A DNA stretch of 64,000 nt, taken from assembly GCA_964187785.1 (NCBI GenBank), contig OZ076409.1, positions 69,690,001 to 69,754,000 of the forward strand. Reading direction: 5' to 3'. Shown here in pieces: positions 9,581 through 20,971 of this stretch (its first letter is position 1; every line of letters starts with the position of its first letter). The position numbers were made by a program, and so were the translations under genes. The notes beneath the pieces were generated by a model, which saw only the letters and a program-made list of their open reading frames with translations, did not search any database and was not told the origin of the DNA. Source of the stretch: Amphiscolops sp. MND2022 (Eukaryota).

Positions 9581-12500
9581 ATGGATTCTTTTCAAGGAAG
9601 CATACCGCCTAACTTTATCTCTTTTCGTTTAGAGAATCAGACAACTGAAATTGCCAGCACATCAGCCAACCCTTCTACAACTGTCCCGACAGTTAGTCTT
9701 CCAACTGAGATGGGATCGCAAATCCCACATCCTGATACGTCCCAAACCACGCTCAGCATCCAACCTGACGAAAAGGGGAATGAAAGTCGACCCGATGAAG
9801 TCACCTCCATTCATAGTGCAGACAGTGACTTGGACGTGACCATTTATGCCGAGAGTATGGTCCGACAACTAGAGAGTTCTCAGACACCAGACCGAACTCA
9901 ACAAGAAGCCACACAGCTTGATCCAAGTCAGGGTACGGACCCTGGTGTCCAAGAAGATTCGTCTGCCTCTAACACTGGGGAGGCTAGGAGGGCAAGCACC
10001 CCTTTGGTTACCGAAAGGGGGGAGGCTCCAACTGCTGATTTGTCTGCCCTAGAGTCTGCGCTGCGAGTAGTCGAGAGTTCTGGGTCCCAATTGGCAGAAC
10101 TTGTGGATGTTACTCAACCCGATACCAACATTGAGGGTGACTCCCTGGCACATCAGGACTACGATGCCGCATCATCCATTGGCGACGCTCCCCCTCTTCC
10201 TGGAGGAGAATGCAAGATTCGGTATCTGACTGATCCCAGTGGGGACGAAGGAGCTACTGATCAATCTAGCGTGGTGGTTCCTGTGGCCTTGTATGGTTAC
10301 ACTCCCTTCGCGCATGCCTCTGAAACTGAAGGAGGAGATGAGACCGCTTCGGAACTTCCTGTCCCTGGTACTAGTAGACAGGCCCCTGGACAAGCTGAGT
10401 CCCACCGGGAACCACCCCACCTTTCAGGCAGGAGTCGAGCTATCCTCAAAGAATACTTTGACGAGTCCCCTTCTGTACGACTTCCTGTAGGTCATACCAC
10501 TGTGTCGTTTACTGAGCCACAGGTGAACCATCTCCTTAGAGTCCTCACCGACGAGACTCTCAGCCGGTCCTTTTCGACCATGGAACAAATGGTCACAGAT
10601 GCAGTTCGTGGGAGACCCACTGTCACCCCATCACGAACTGCTCATTTCTTTGCAGGGAGGCGGGCTCAAACACCGGGTCCCGGTAGTATTGGAGACTCTA
10701 GCGGGAGTGACTCTGAAGGGGAAGTCACGTCAAAGGAGAGGGTTGCCGGATCATCGAGTTCGGAAGACACCGGAGATTCCTCATATTATGGGGAAAGCGA
10801 TGATGCTACTGAGCTGGACTTGATAGCGAAGTCCTTCAAGAAACCCGCTGAGACACATGGTTCGCTAGTTCCGCAAGCGTCTGGCTTGGATTCTCAGGCT
10901 GATACTCCAGAGTACAGCAGTCAAGATGCCACGCTCCTTGAAGTCAGGGACCAGGTCCGAGAAGGTGCCGCTGCCGGTTCGTCCAAGTCCAAGAGGAAGA
11001 GAGGCAACCGGAATCTCTCCAAACGAGGTGTCCCTATGCGAGAAGAGTTCTTCGCAAAGATCGGATGGACAAGGTCCTTCATTTCAGGCCCTGCTGACCC
11101 ACTCCATAATCCTCATATGGTTTGGTGTCATATCTGCAAGAAGAACTTCTCCATCAAATCTAAGGGCCCTTATGAGATATTGAGACACCATCGAACGGAG
11201 CGCCATCTGCGACGCGATCAACGCTGGCGCTATGAACATTTGCGGAGCACGGATCCAGTGACAGGGAAGGTGCAACACAGAGTCAGAGGTGGCAATGGGA
11301 AGTTGTTGTCCAAAGTTGAGCTGGCTAAGGAGTTGCCCAAATTTATCCACGTTGAGATCGTGGACATAGGAGAACGCTTCCCCTTTTATGAGGATTTCGT
11401 CAAAGGGTCAACCACTGCTTTGGTTACCCCGGAATCTCGCACCAAGACTCAGCTCTGCCTGGTTGGGGATTTCATCAAGAGCCAAGGCGATCTGATGGTT
11501 CTGCGAAATCTGTGGTCCCGGATGGGGTCATTTACCAATCATCAGGCCACCTTCAACGACTTTGATTGGGGGGAAGAGAGATTGTCGGTAAGCATTTGTT
11601 TGTTTCATCCGCTTAGGTTCCATTCCTTCTAAGGTTTCAAAAAGGTTTTGTTTCTAGGCGATCTTCCAACACTTCTTCGTCTGTTGCCTTGAGGACATAG
11701 CAGAGAATGTCAACACTCAGCAGTGCTTTGCTCTTGAGTTCGAGACCAAAGGGGTCTACAAACACATGTCCATCAAGTTCTGGAAGGGCTCCGAGCTTTG
11801 TAGAGTCTTCATATGCCGCAGCTCACAGATCACTACAGACGTGACAGGAGAACTTGGGTCTTTGTCCCGACTCCTCTCTGCCATATCTACCAAGCCTGGA
11901 ATTGTAGCCTGTTCTGGATGTCACTCTGAATTACCCAGGGCCATCGACGGGTCAGAGTACTACAAACAGGGGGTTCAAAGCTGTCTGCGCTTCGAACACT
12001 TCAGCCTGCCCAATCTCATGCACAAGACGAGCTATAGTGTTTTTGGGAAGATAGACTTCTTCTCCGTCCTTCGAGCCTTGATGGTCTCCCTGGGTGGGTC
12101 CCTCATGGAGGATTGGGTTCTCCGCAGCCCAGAACTTACCAAAGTATGTAGTTTCCTTGCATTTCTCTCATCGGAGTCATAGGCTTAGGTAGGGCTCTTT
12201 CATCCTATTCGTCTGGAATCCTCATGCGGCTTTATTTTACTTTCCAGGCTGTGACCAGTTGTAAGCTCGAAGTGACAACCTTGCCTGTTCTTTGTCGAGA
12301 ACTCATCGCCGAGTGGAAGAACGTGGTGCGGTACCTGACCACACATGCGCCATTGCAAGAAGGTCAAGGATCCCGAGGAAGGGTTAGATCTCACCTTTTC
12401 TCCTTTGAGTCACATGGGAATATAGGTCAATTTTCTTCATCTAATCGGTAGGGTCCAGTTTTTACCACGGGGTTGATGATAGTCTTGTTCCAGGTGCAGA

Positions 12501-13807
12501 GCTTTGAGTGGTTGGTGATATGCGACGAATTCTTCGTCGTCAAACTGGAATTCTTCAGTAGGATCGTCAACGATTGTAAGTATAAACTGTCGCAGCCTTA
12601 GTGAGGGTCTACCATCCTGAATTGGACAACAGTTTTGTTTTCAGTCGTCACCAGTTTCTCAGTCAGTCTACAGTATCGACGCGATTCGTCCTTCTACTTG
12701 TGTGGGGAAGTAAGCCGATTTCTCAGCCTGCTCTGTTCCCGTATATACACCCCTGACACTGCGCCCCTAGCAAACGCTTGGTTTCTCCTCTTGCGCTTTC
12801 AGACGAGCGAGGCCACCTTCCTTTCAGGAGACGAATACCTTGTCCGGCTTAAGCTAGCGAGTAAGGTTTCAGCCGCATGCAAAGCAAGAGCCGAAGGTCT
12901 CCATTTCGGCAAGAAATCAGAGCGCGCTGCTATACAAGCTACTGCTGAGACGGTAAAGGCTGATTTCGTCAAGGACAGCCAGCATTACATCCAGTTTGTA
13001 ATCAATGGAATTCCTCAAAGAACTGGGCTCAGCACTAATCTGGTGAAGGGGCTTGCTGCTTTTGACCCCTTTATTATGCTGAAGAGGCCAATGGATGTGG
13101 CCTTACGACATTTCGAGGTGTTGTACAGCAGCTTCGCAGTCCGATCTTGGGTCGATGATTCAAATGAGTCCCAGTGTCGGGATCAATATATCCAGCTGTT
13201 GGATCACCTCCGAACCGCCTACGGACCTGATTTCGATATCACCAGTGCGTCCGCCGATTTGATCGAGTTCTTGATGGGGCTCGAGTTTCTCCATGAACGT
13301 TCCCATCTCCTATACCTCTTCAAATTGAGCTGTTTGTGCACGACCGTCACCAGTCCTAGCTATCCAGATGTCGTCTTTGGGGAAGTTACTACCGCTGGTG
13401 GACAGAGCCGGTTCACTGACCTGATCCTGCCTTGTCAGAGTTATATGGCTAATGTCATTGGTTCTGTCGTCCGGAGCAGCGAGGACTCCAATCTGGCCAA
13501 ATTTTCGACTCTCTCCACATCGTTTGGTCGTTCTGCCTTCTCTCCCGACTATGACCCTTGGGCCTATGTGGATACTTTCGGTCGGTCGGGAATTTACAAA
13601 TCCCTCTTGTCCACTTACCGCAAGGCTGACTCTGCTCTAAAACGGGTTTCAGTCCAGGAAGACTTGGGAGAGAGCAGTACTGTGTGTGATCAATCTGCTG
13701 TGAAGTTTCCCAGTAGTAAGAAGCGAAGGAGAGGTAGGAGCGGCTCACGATCGTCTGCTTCCTCTGTTGCTGGGAGCCCCAGTAAAGATTCCTCCACTAA
13801 GGCCTGA
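9581..13807 (+). CDS. Antisense spliced gene of element 1, ~1290 aa: disordered acidic N-terminus, BED-type zinc finger, hAT-transposase-like body. Exons 9581-11587, 11658-12143, 12248-12382, 12494-12575, 12645-13807; possible upstream mini-exon 9418-9433 spliced to 9633
   Basis: GT-AG introns with pyrimidine tracts join the ORF fragments in frame (3873 nt, no internal stop). Internal exon lengths 486/135/82 nt and phases 0,0,0,1 are identical in element 2. Confidence 0.85.
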
Positions 13808-14054
13808 TTCTGTACATATGTATTTATGTACTTACGAACTGTAAACTTTGTTGATTTTCTGTTTTGTTGCCATATTTGTATTTCCATTCTGTTTTCCTGA
13901 TTTCTTGATCCCGTTGTTTATTTTTCCTGGAAGGGATCGTTGTGAAATGTCCCATTATTTATTCAGAAAAAACTTTGCTTGGGACTGAAAAAAGAAAAAA
14001 TGAGAGTGAGAAGACACTATTCACTGCTCCTTTTCGAGCAGAATTTAATCTTCC

Positions 14055-17000
14055 CTAGTATCTGAAGTCTTCTGAGTAGTTTGGGTTAGGGTTAGGCCTG
14101 AGATTATATTTCCCTCCTCTAGGGCTCAGACTTTCATTTCTAGCATCGCTTTCGGATATTTCGGGCACGATAATATCATCCCCCCTTTTTGGAGAGTTTT
14201 GTGCATCGTTTTCATTCATTGAATTTCTTTCTGAAAAAATTTCATCATTTTCCGGTCCACCTGCCGTACTCGGCAAAGAATTTTCTTGGTTTTTTGGGGA
14301 AACGGCCGGATTCGGCCAATCAGATTTGGTATTTTCTGTCACTGCAGTAGCTTTATTTCTTTCAGTGACGTCATCATCTAAGCGTTTATTCCGGCTGTGT
14401 GCCGCGTTGTCGTTGTTTAATTCTTCTCGCGTGATTATGTAATCCGCTTCGGTCTCGTCTACGTCATTTGCATTCGTTTCCGCCGTGTTCGGCTGTTCGG
14501 CATTCGGCACGCTAGTCGGAATAGTCTCGCTGTCTCGTGTAACTAGCTGCTCTCCAAAATCTGTTTCCCACGCTATGACGTATAGGTCGTCTTGCGGGAT
14601 GACAATTTCTTCGTCTGGCTGCAGACGTTGTTCTCGGAAATTGTCCTCAAGCGGTTGATTGGGAATAAACCTTTTAAGGCGAATGCGATGCAAAATTTGA
14701 GTTTTGTTCGTATTGATCCTTCGTACTATGTAGTTTTCATTTGGCAAAACCTTTTGGACTACAAATGGTCCAACCCAACGGTAATCGCGGAATGGAATTT
14801 TTGATCCTTGATGATCCGCTTTCGGCTGTAAGACGAAACAGTAATCATTCTCTTTCAATGGAGCAGCTTTTGCTTTGCGGTCGTAATATTCTTTGTACTT
14901 GATGTACGACTGCATAATGTTCTGCTTCGTTTTGTCAATTAGGATTTTTGTCCGGTTTTGGATTTCTTCTGCAAATTCGGTTGTAGGGTTGATCTTTTCG
15001 TTTGGATTATTTCCAAGCTTGTGATCCAGAATGTTATAGGGAATTCTGCCATGGAATACTCTCGTTGGCTCACAACCAATACTGGCATGATAACTCGTAT
15101 TATGATTAAGTACTGCTAATGGCAAATATTTATGCCATTGTCGGCGGTATTCCCCACATGCCATTTTGAGGTTTGTCTTTAATGAGGCATGGGTCCGCTC
15201 TAATTTCCCAATTGTTTGCGGGTGCTTTGTCGTTGCACATTTGAGTGTAATGCCCAAAATTTGCGTAACCTCCGCAATAATCGTAGAAGTGAATGCAGTA
15301 CCCTTATCAGTAATAAGAGTCGTTGGCAGATATGCATGCTTGGTCATTATGTCAATGAGCGCTTTTGCCACATTGATCGCTGATGCGTCTGTAAGGGGAT
15401 AAGCGAATAAATATCTGGAGAAAACATCAATTGCCGTTAGGACATTTTCATACCCTCCACTTGGGGGAAGATTCGGCAATAGGTCAATCTGCATGGCGTC
15501 TTCAGGTCCAAGGTCCCATTCGGGCGAGTTGAGCAGCTCAGGTGTGATCGTTGCGTTAGGGACTCTCTTGTCTCTGGCACATTGTTCACACCCTTCTACC
15601 CACTTTTTGACGTGTTTAGCCATGCTAGGGTAGTAATACCTTTGTCTGATTTCCTGCAACATTTTTGAAATCCCGGGATGTTTATGCGCTGTCCCGTGAA
15701 GGGAGTGGAGCAATTCCCGAAGTAGGTGTTGCGGGAGCAAAATTTGATGGTATTTAACATTCCCTGTTTCATCAAAATATTGCCTCGTCAGGATTTCGTC
15801 CTTGAGTACAATTCGTTCCAGATTATTTGCATAGTGTCTATATCGGGCATCCTGTTGCAGTATGTTTTCTGAATAGTCTTCATGAAGGAGCTTTGCCTTC
15901 AATTGTTGCAATACTGCATCTTTGGACTGCTCGATGATTATCTGGTTTGTTTTCTTTAATCGGACTTGGATGCCTGGTTGTTGTTTGACCAGATTGGTTG
16001 ACAGAGTTTCTATGGTAACAGTGGGTTCATCAGTCATTGGATTTTTCCTGATTGCTTCTTTTCTTGCCCAATACTGTTCCTCTGTCTCGTCATCATCATT
16101 CGTATAGAATATTTGTTCTTCCTGTGATACCCCCGCAGATTGAACATTTATCTCAATGGGTAAAGTTTGCACGTCTTCACGGATTTTCATGACTAATTTA
16201 TCCTTCGGATCTGCCTCCAATCGGGACAAATAGTCAGCTGCTGTGTTCTGTGCTCCCGGGATATGTGCTATGACAAAATTGAATTGAATCACATAATGGC
16301 ATGCATTCCACAGGGCTGGGGGTATTATTTTCGTTTGGAAAAATCTCGTAACGGCTTTGTTGTCGGTAAGGATAATGACCGGTTTGGGCGCACCCCAGAA
16401 TATATGTCCAAATTCTTTGAATGCAAAGTAAATTGCCAGAAATTCCTATGCATATATTGACATTTTGATCTGGGCTGGGGTGAAGGTTTTTGATCCATAG
16501 GCCACCGGTGCGTAGGATTTTCGGAGAGATGTGAATTTCTGGTTTGGATCGTCTTCTATTAAGACCGCATATCCAGCTGCACCAAAACTTGCATCAGTCA
16601 TTAGTGCGATTTGTTTGTTCGGGATAGGTTGTTGTAGGGCTAAATCGCAACATTTGTCGAGTGCCTTGTTGATTTCTTCGAATTGTTGGACTAATTCTTT
16701 CGATACTAGGACCTTTTCGTCACTTTTGAGCATCTTGTAGAATGGAGCAAGGCGTTCGGATAGTCTTGGGACATAATTCCTGTAGTAGTTCAAGAATCCC
16801 AAGTAGCGCTGCAAAGCCTTTTTCGACTTTGGGACTTTGGTCTTTTCCAGAAAGTTTTGCACGTTCTGTTTCTGGGGTTTGACGCCTTGCGGGGTAATAG
16901 TCCGTCCGAGAAAATCAATTTCTTTTGCACCGAAGTGACATTTGTGCATTGTCAACTTAAGGCCTGCTTCCTGAATGCATTTGAATGTTGCTCTCAGGTT

Positions 17001-19265
17001 CGTCATGAGGTGGTCGACATCATTGGCTGCGATGCCGATATCGTCCACATACTGGGCGCACTGATCCGCTTTAATGACTTTGTCGAGGTATTCCCTCATG
17101 AAACTCGAGAATGCGGATAGTGACCGACTAAGGCCTTGTGCCAAGCGTCTGTACGCGAATGTACGACTGGCAAAATTGAAAGCCAACATTTCAATTGAGC
17201 GTTGGTCGGCCATTGGTAGGCAGTGGTATGCCTGCGAACAGTCTAATTTACAGAACAGTTTTTTGCCTGCCAAGTGTTGGGCAGCATCAACCAAGGTGCT
17301 AACAGGGTGATTATTGTTGATATAATCATCCGAGATGAGGTTATTGATTTTTCTCAAGTCAACCAAAAGTCGTAGCTTCCCATTTGGTTTCTTTTGGGCG
17401 AATATTGGGCTTGCATACTTTGAGAACGGTAGTGTGGTTATTATGCCATATTTGTGCAACATGGCTAATTCGACTAGGATGTCCTCCTTCAGATTGATAG
17501 GAGCTGGAAGGCTTTGACTATAGGCTGGGGAATCGTCCTTAGGTGTCAGTTTCACTTTGAATTCCTCGTTCATGCCTATATCAAATCGGTGTCGTGCAAA
17601 GATGTCATGGAATTCCACTAACAGTTCCTCAATTTTCTCCTTCTCTTCAGGAGTAAGGGTGGAATCTTTCCAGTCAAAGTTTTCTAAGAATTTTGCACGC
17701 GATTCTGCGTCTGTGGTGGGGTCGAGTGTCTCCAGGTCCTGTAAGGCCTGTAACTCGCGTAGGATTCGTTTTTGTATGGGTGTGTGTTCCTCAGGATTTC
17801 CAGGGTTTTCTGGAGTTGGGAACCAATAATTTTCGGAGTTTTGTGGATTTCTATTGGTTTTGATGAGACTGCTGACATAATGGGCTGCTTGCTCCTGGTC
17901 ATTCTGCAAAAGGTGCCAGGTTGATGCCGGGTCTACCGGTTTGACATACTTCATTTGTTCTGGCGTCATGACAGAGAAATTGGCAATATGTAGTCCCTTT
18001 TTGAGTTTATAAGGGTGGTCTGTGAAGTTGCTCACTGGTATCGATATATTGCCGTCATTCAGAGTGACCAAGGCTGGGCAGAATGTGATGTCGCCTTCTT
18101 CATGTAGAAGGTCGCTCGGTTGCAAAATTCCAGTGACAGCATTCTCAGGGTACAGTAGGGAATTGGTCCTAATTAGGACTCTATCATTTGGCGGAATGGT
18201 TATCTCAATGGGATTGAGAATTGGTTCTAAGACATTTGAGTATTTATGGTCAGCTGTTTTGAGCTGCATTGAGAAGAACGGGAAGTTCAGTATTCCTTGT
18301 CTCATGTCCAGAACTGTATGATTTCGTTGAAGGAACATTAGGCCGATAATCGGACCTGTCAGGTGTTCCATGACTATAAAAATCTCATGAAACTCAATGT
18401 CACCAACTTCAAATTTGAGCTCTATGGTACTCTTAGGAGTTTCCAATTGCCCATTAGCAACCATTATTTGGAAATTTGGAGGCGGACCTTCCCGGATGAC
18501 AGATTGTGGAGATAGAAGTCGAATTTTCCGGAGGTCCATTTCAGGAATTGCACTGGACAGCGCTCCAGTGTCAATAAGTCCGTCTATGGTCAATTCCCCA
18601 AAGTCCATGGGGAAGTACAACATGCGTTTTTTGCATTTGAGATTGATGTTGGTTGACAGTGGTATACAGTCTGGTTCACCGTCACTGGTGATTAAGACAT
18701 TCTGGAACTGCTTCTCGTCTTATAGTGATTGTGGTATGGGTTGAGCAACGTCTTCATGGGTCTCGGTCCCTAATGGGTTTGGGAACACTGGATGGTTGGT
18801 GCCATCATTCATTTGCCAGTTTTCAACTAGTGCTCTGGTCTTTTTATTGTGGGTGATTGGAGGGTTCTCGTGGACCGTTCTATTATAGTGCTCGATGTCG
18901 TCTAAGACATATTGGAATTGTAGTTGTTCCTGGTTGTAGATTTCTGTGTCCCAATAGGGGTCTCTGCCGTAGTCTGGATCTATGTAGGTAGGGTTGTAAT
19001 TGTCAACCAGGGGAATAGGCCTGAATCGGGTAGTGAAGGTAGTAGTATAATCAGGGTCCCAAACAGGAATTGGTTTCTGGAATAAATGGGTGTTATTGTA
19101 GGTGATGATGGTAGCTTTTTCCATCTGTTGCTGCCAGACAACAGAGGGATAGCCCATCAATTGTTGATTGTATTGGTGGAAAGTTTGCGTTGGAGGGTCC
19201 GATCTGATGTATTGTCGGACAGATATTAGTTGATTGTATTGGAGTCGTGACGAAGTTAGTTTTTT
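14055..19265 (-). pseudogene. pol: pol of element 1 (PR, dUTPase-like, RT, RNase H, integrase) with two in-frame stops
   Basis: Motifs LIDTGA, YVDD, TDASF, TDNK, H-H-C-C, D..D..E and WVGPF. One frame throughout, with TAA at 18720-18722 and TAG at 16446-16448 (Lys of SIYAKEF in element 2). Confidence 0.93.
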
Positions 19266-20971
19266 GACTCATCATTGGAAGATGAGGCCTGTGAGTTGGA
19301 AGATGTTGATTTGTTTTGTGGTTTCTGCGCCTTTGAATTGGGTTTACCGTCATTAGCGTCATCTGGTCTGGTGCGTTTGGGTTTGAGATGCGCACCAGCA
19401 CCTTGCCAACATCTTTCTTCCGGGTGGTTCTTTTTACCACAAGTGCCACACTCCGGAAACGTCTTTTTCTGAGTTTGTTTGCCTTGTTGGGCATCTTTTT
19501 CCTTTTTCTTCTTCAATTTTTCACAGTCTTTGACCATATGGCCCTTCTCCTTGCAGTAGTTGCAAGTGATGTCCGACATTTGCCCAGTAGTTAGAGGAGT
19601 CTTGGATTTTGTTGTCGAGGAGGTCATTGTGGCCATTGGTAGGTCGTCTGATTCCTCAAGGGCATTTAGTTCTAACTCTCTCTCTAAATGAGCAACTATT
19701 TCGTCATAAGAGCCGTTTTCGAGTCTGGCCATGTTTACAGACCGCTTCAGTTTTGGTGGCAGTTTTGCGTAGAGCAAACTGTCAATCATTTTCTGCGCGT
19801 GATCCCCGAATGCTTTTTCTGCCCCTTGATTTAATTCTTCAAGGAAATCTGGCAGTTTCATCGTGTTGGGATCGAAGACTAGACGGTGCCATTTATGTTT
19901 GGCAGTCGCCTGTGATTCGGGTTTGACGTATTTTCGTCTGAATATTACCAATACGTCCTCTAAAGTCTGTCTATTGCTCGAGCTGATGTTCCGGAAGGTT
20001 TGGAGAGCATTCTTCCTCAGCAGTGAGTGGAAGTGATTTATTTTCATCTGTTCCGTCATTTCCGGTTGCATCTTGATCATCGTGTGGAACAGGTCCTCAA
20101 ACAGCTCGAATTTTTCACTCTTGCCATCAAAAGTCATTGTGTTTGAATTGACTGGGCGTATAGTGAGTTGTTGGGCTGTCGGTCTATTTTGCATTGTGGT
20201 CAAGACGTCTGCCAGTCGGGTGATGGGATCGGAGTCGGCAGCCGTAGCAATTCTCTCTTGTGCTGGGATCGTCGTGTCGAGCAGGGGAAGGTCATCATTT
20301 GATCTGTTGAGATGACTGGTGGATGGTATTCGTCCCGTGAGAAACTCAGGAACTTCGATTGGAGATTCGTTTTCTCCTGTCACCATGTCGTGAACGTTTA
20401 GATCGGGGTAATCTCCGTTCATTTGGTTCACATATTGTTCATTTCTTAAGCTACCTTTTGCGTTGAGATTTCGCTGAACTTCGGAATTCGGTTCTGGTCT
20501 CTCAACCGGAACGTCCCATCCCTTTCTAGTCCTGTGTCCTGATTCGGCCATTATAACATTTTGGATTTGAGGAAGTACTTGAGTACTTATTGCATCGTTA
20601 ATGGCTCTCTGTATTTGGACACTCACGGAATTCATTATCTCATCCATTTCTCGTGAAATACGAGAGTTCAGCTCGCTAGACAATCTGTTTATTTCTGCAC
20701 TAGAATCACCTGTGATAGAATTACGATCACACTCGGCATACGTCCTAGGTTCAACATTTCCCCTAGATCCACTTCCGTTTCTGCCCTCATTGTCAGACTC
20801 ATTACTAGCAAAGCTTCTTGATCCTCTAGGTAGATTGCTATTCAGACTACCTTCTCTTTCTCGTGCACCAAAATGGTTTTCGCCTAACATGATATCCAGA
20901 TTTTCAATATCTGATAACATCTCAAGTCCTCTAGACTTTCTAGCTTTCTTTTGCTTTCTAGTAGTTGGCAT
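19256..20971 (-). CDS. gag: Gag of element 1 (571 aa, two CCHC zinc knuckles); starts inside the 5' LTR
   Basis: Capsid-like TFDGKSEKFELFEDLF region; CNYCKEKGHMVKDC and CGTCGKKNHPEERC; lies upstream of pol. Confidence 0.93.
   Translation of the reverse strand: MPTTRKQKKARKSRGLEMLSDIENLDIMLGENHFGAREREGSLNSNLPRGSRSFASNESDNEGRNGSGSRGNVEPRTYAECDRNSITGDSSAEINRLSSELNSRISREMDEIMNSVSVQIQRAINDAISTQVLPQIQNVIMAESGHRTRKGWDVPVERPEPNSEVQRNLNAKGSLRNEQYVNQMNGDYPDLNVHDMVTGENESPIEVPEFLTGRIPSTSHLNRSNDDLPLLDTTIPAQERIATAADSDPITRLADVLTTMQNRPTAQQLTIRPVNSNTMTFDGKSEKFELFEDLFHTMIKMQPEMTEQMKINHFHSLLRKNALQTFRNISSSNRQTLEDVLVIFRRKYVKPESQATAKHKWHRLVFDPNTMKLPDFLEELNQGAEKAFGDHAQKMIDSLLYAKLPPKLKRSVNMARLENGSYDEIVAHLERELELNALEESDDLPMATMTSSTTKSKTPLTTGQMSDITCNYCKEKGHMVKDCEKLKKKKEKDAQQGKQTQKKTFPECGTCGKKNHPEERCWQGAGAHLKPKRTRPDDANDGKPNSKAQKPQNKSTSSNSQASSSNDESKN
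19259..19265 (-). promoter_or_regulatory. -1 ribosomal frameshift slippery site A-AAA-AAC, element 1
   Basis: TCA AAA AAC TAA at the gag end. The -1 frame is open (KLTSSRLQYNQLISVRQYIRSDP...) and joins pol. Confidence 0.8.
20374..20385 (-). promoter_or_regulatory. Primer binding site TGGTGACAGGAG, element 1
   Basis: Starts with TGG directly after the LTR's terminal CA; the same 12-mer is present in element 2. Confidence 0.85.

Noticed and set aside
9581..13807. Antisense gene as an independent nested hAT transposon or a host gene
   Set aside because: No TIRs or 8-bp TSD seen around it, and it sits at the same position in two diverged retroelements.
16446..18722. Programmed readthrough at the element 1 pol stops
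   Set aside because: Element 2 is open throughout pol and one stop falls inside RNase H; simple nonsense mutations explain them.
19093..19494. 133-aa ORF overlapping the gag end as a possible +1 frameshift route
   Set aside because: It is the +1 frame, stops at 19093 and has no counterpart past the gag stop in element 2. The -1 frame is the one homologous to pol.
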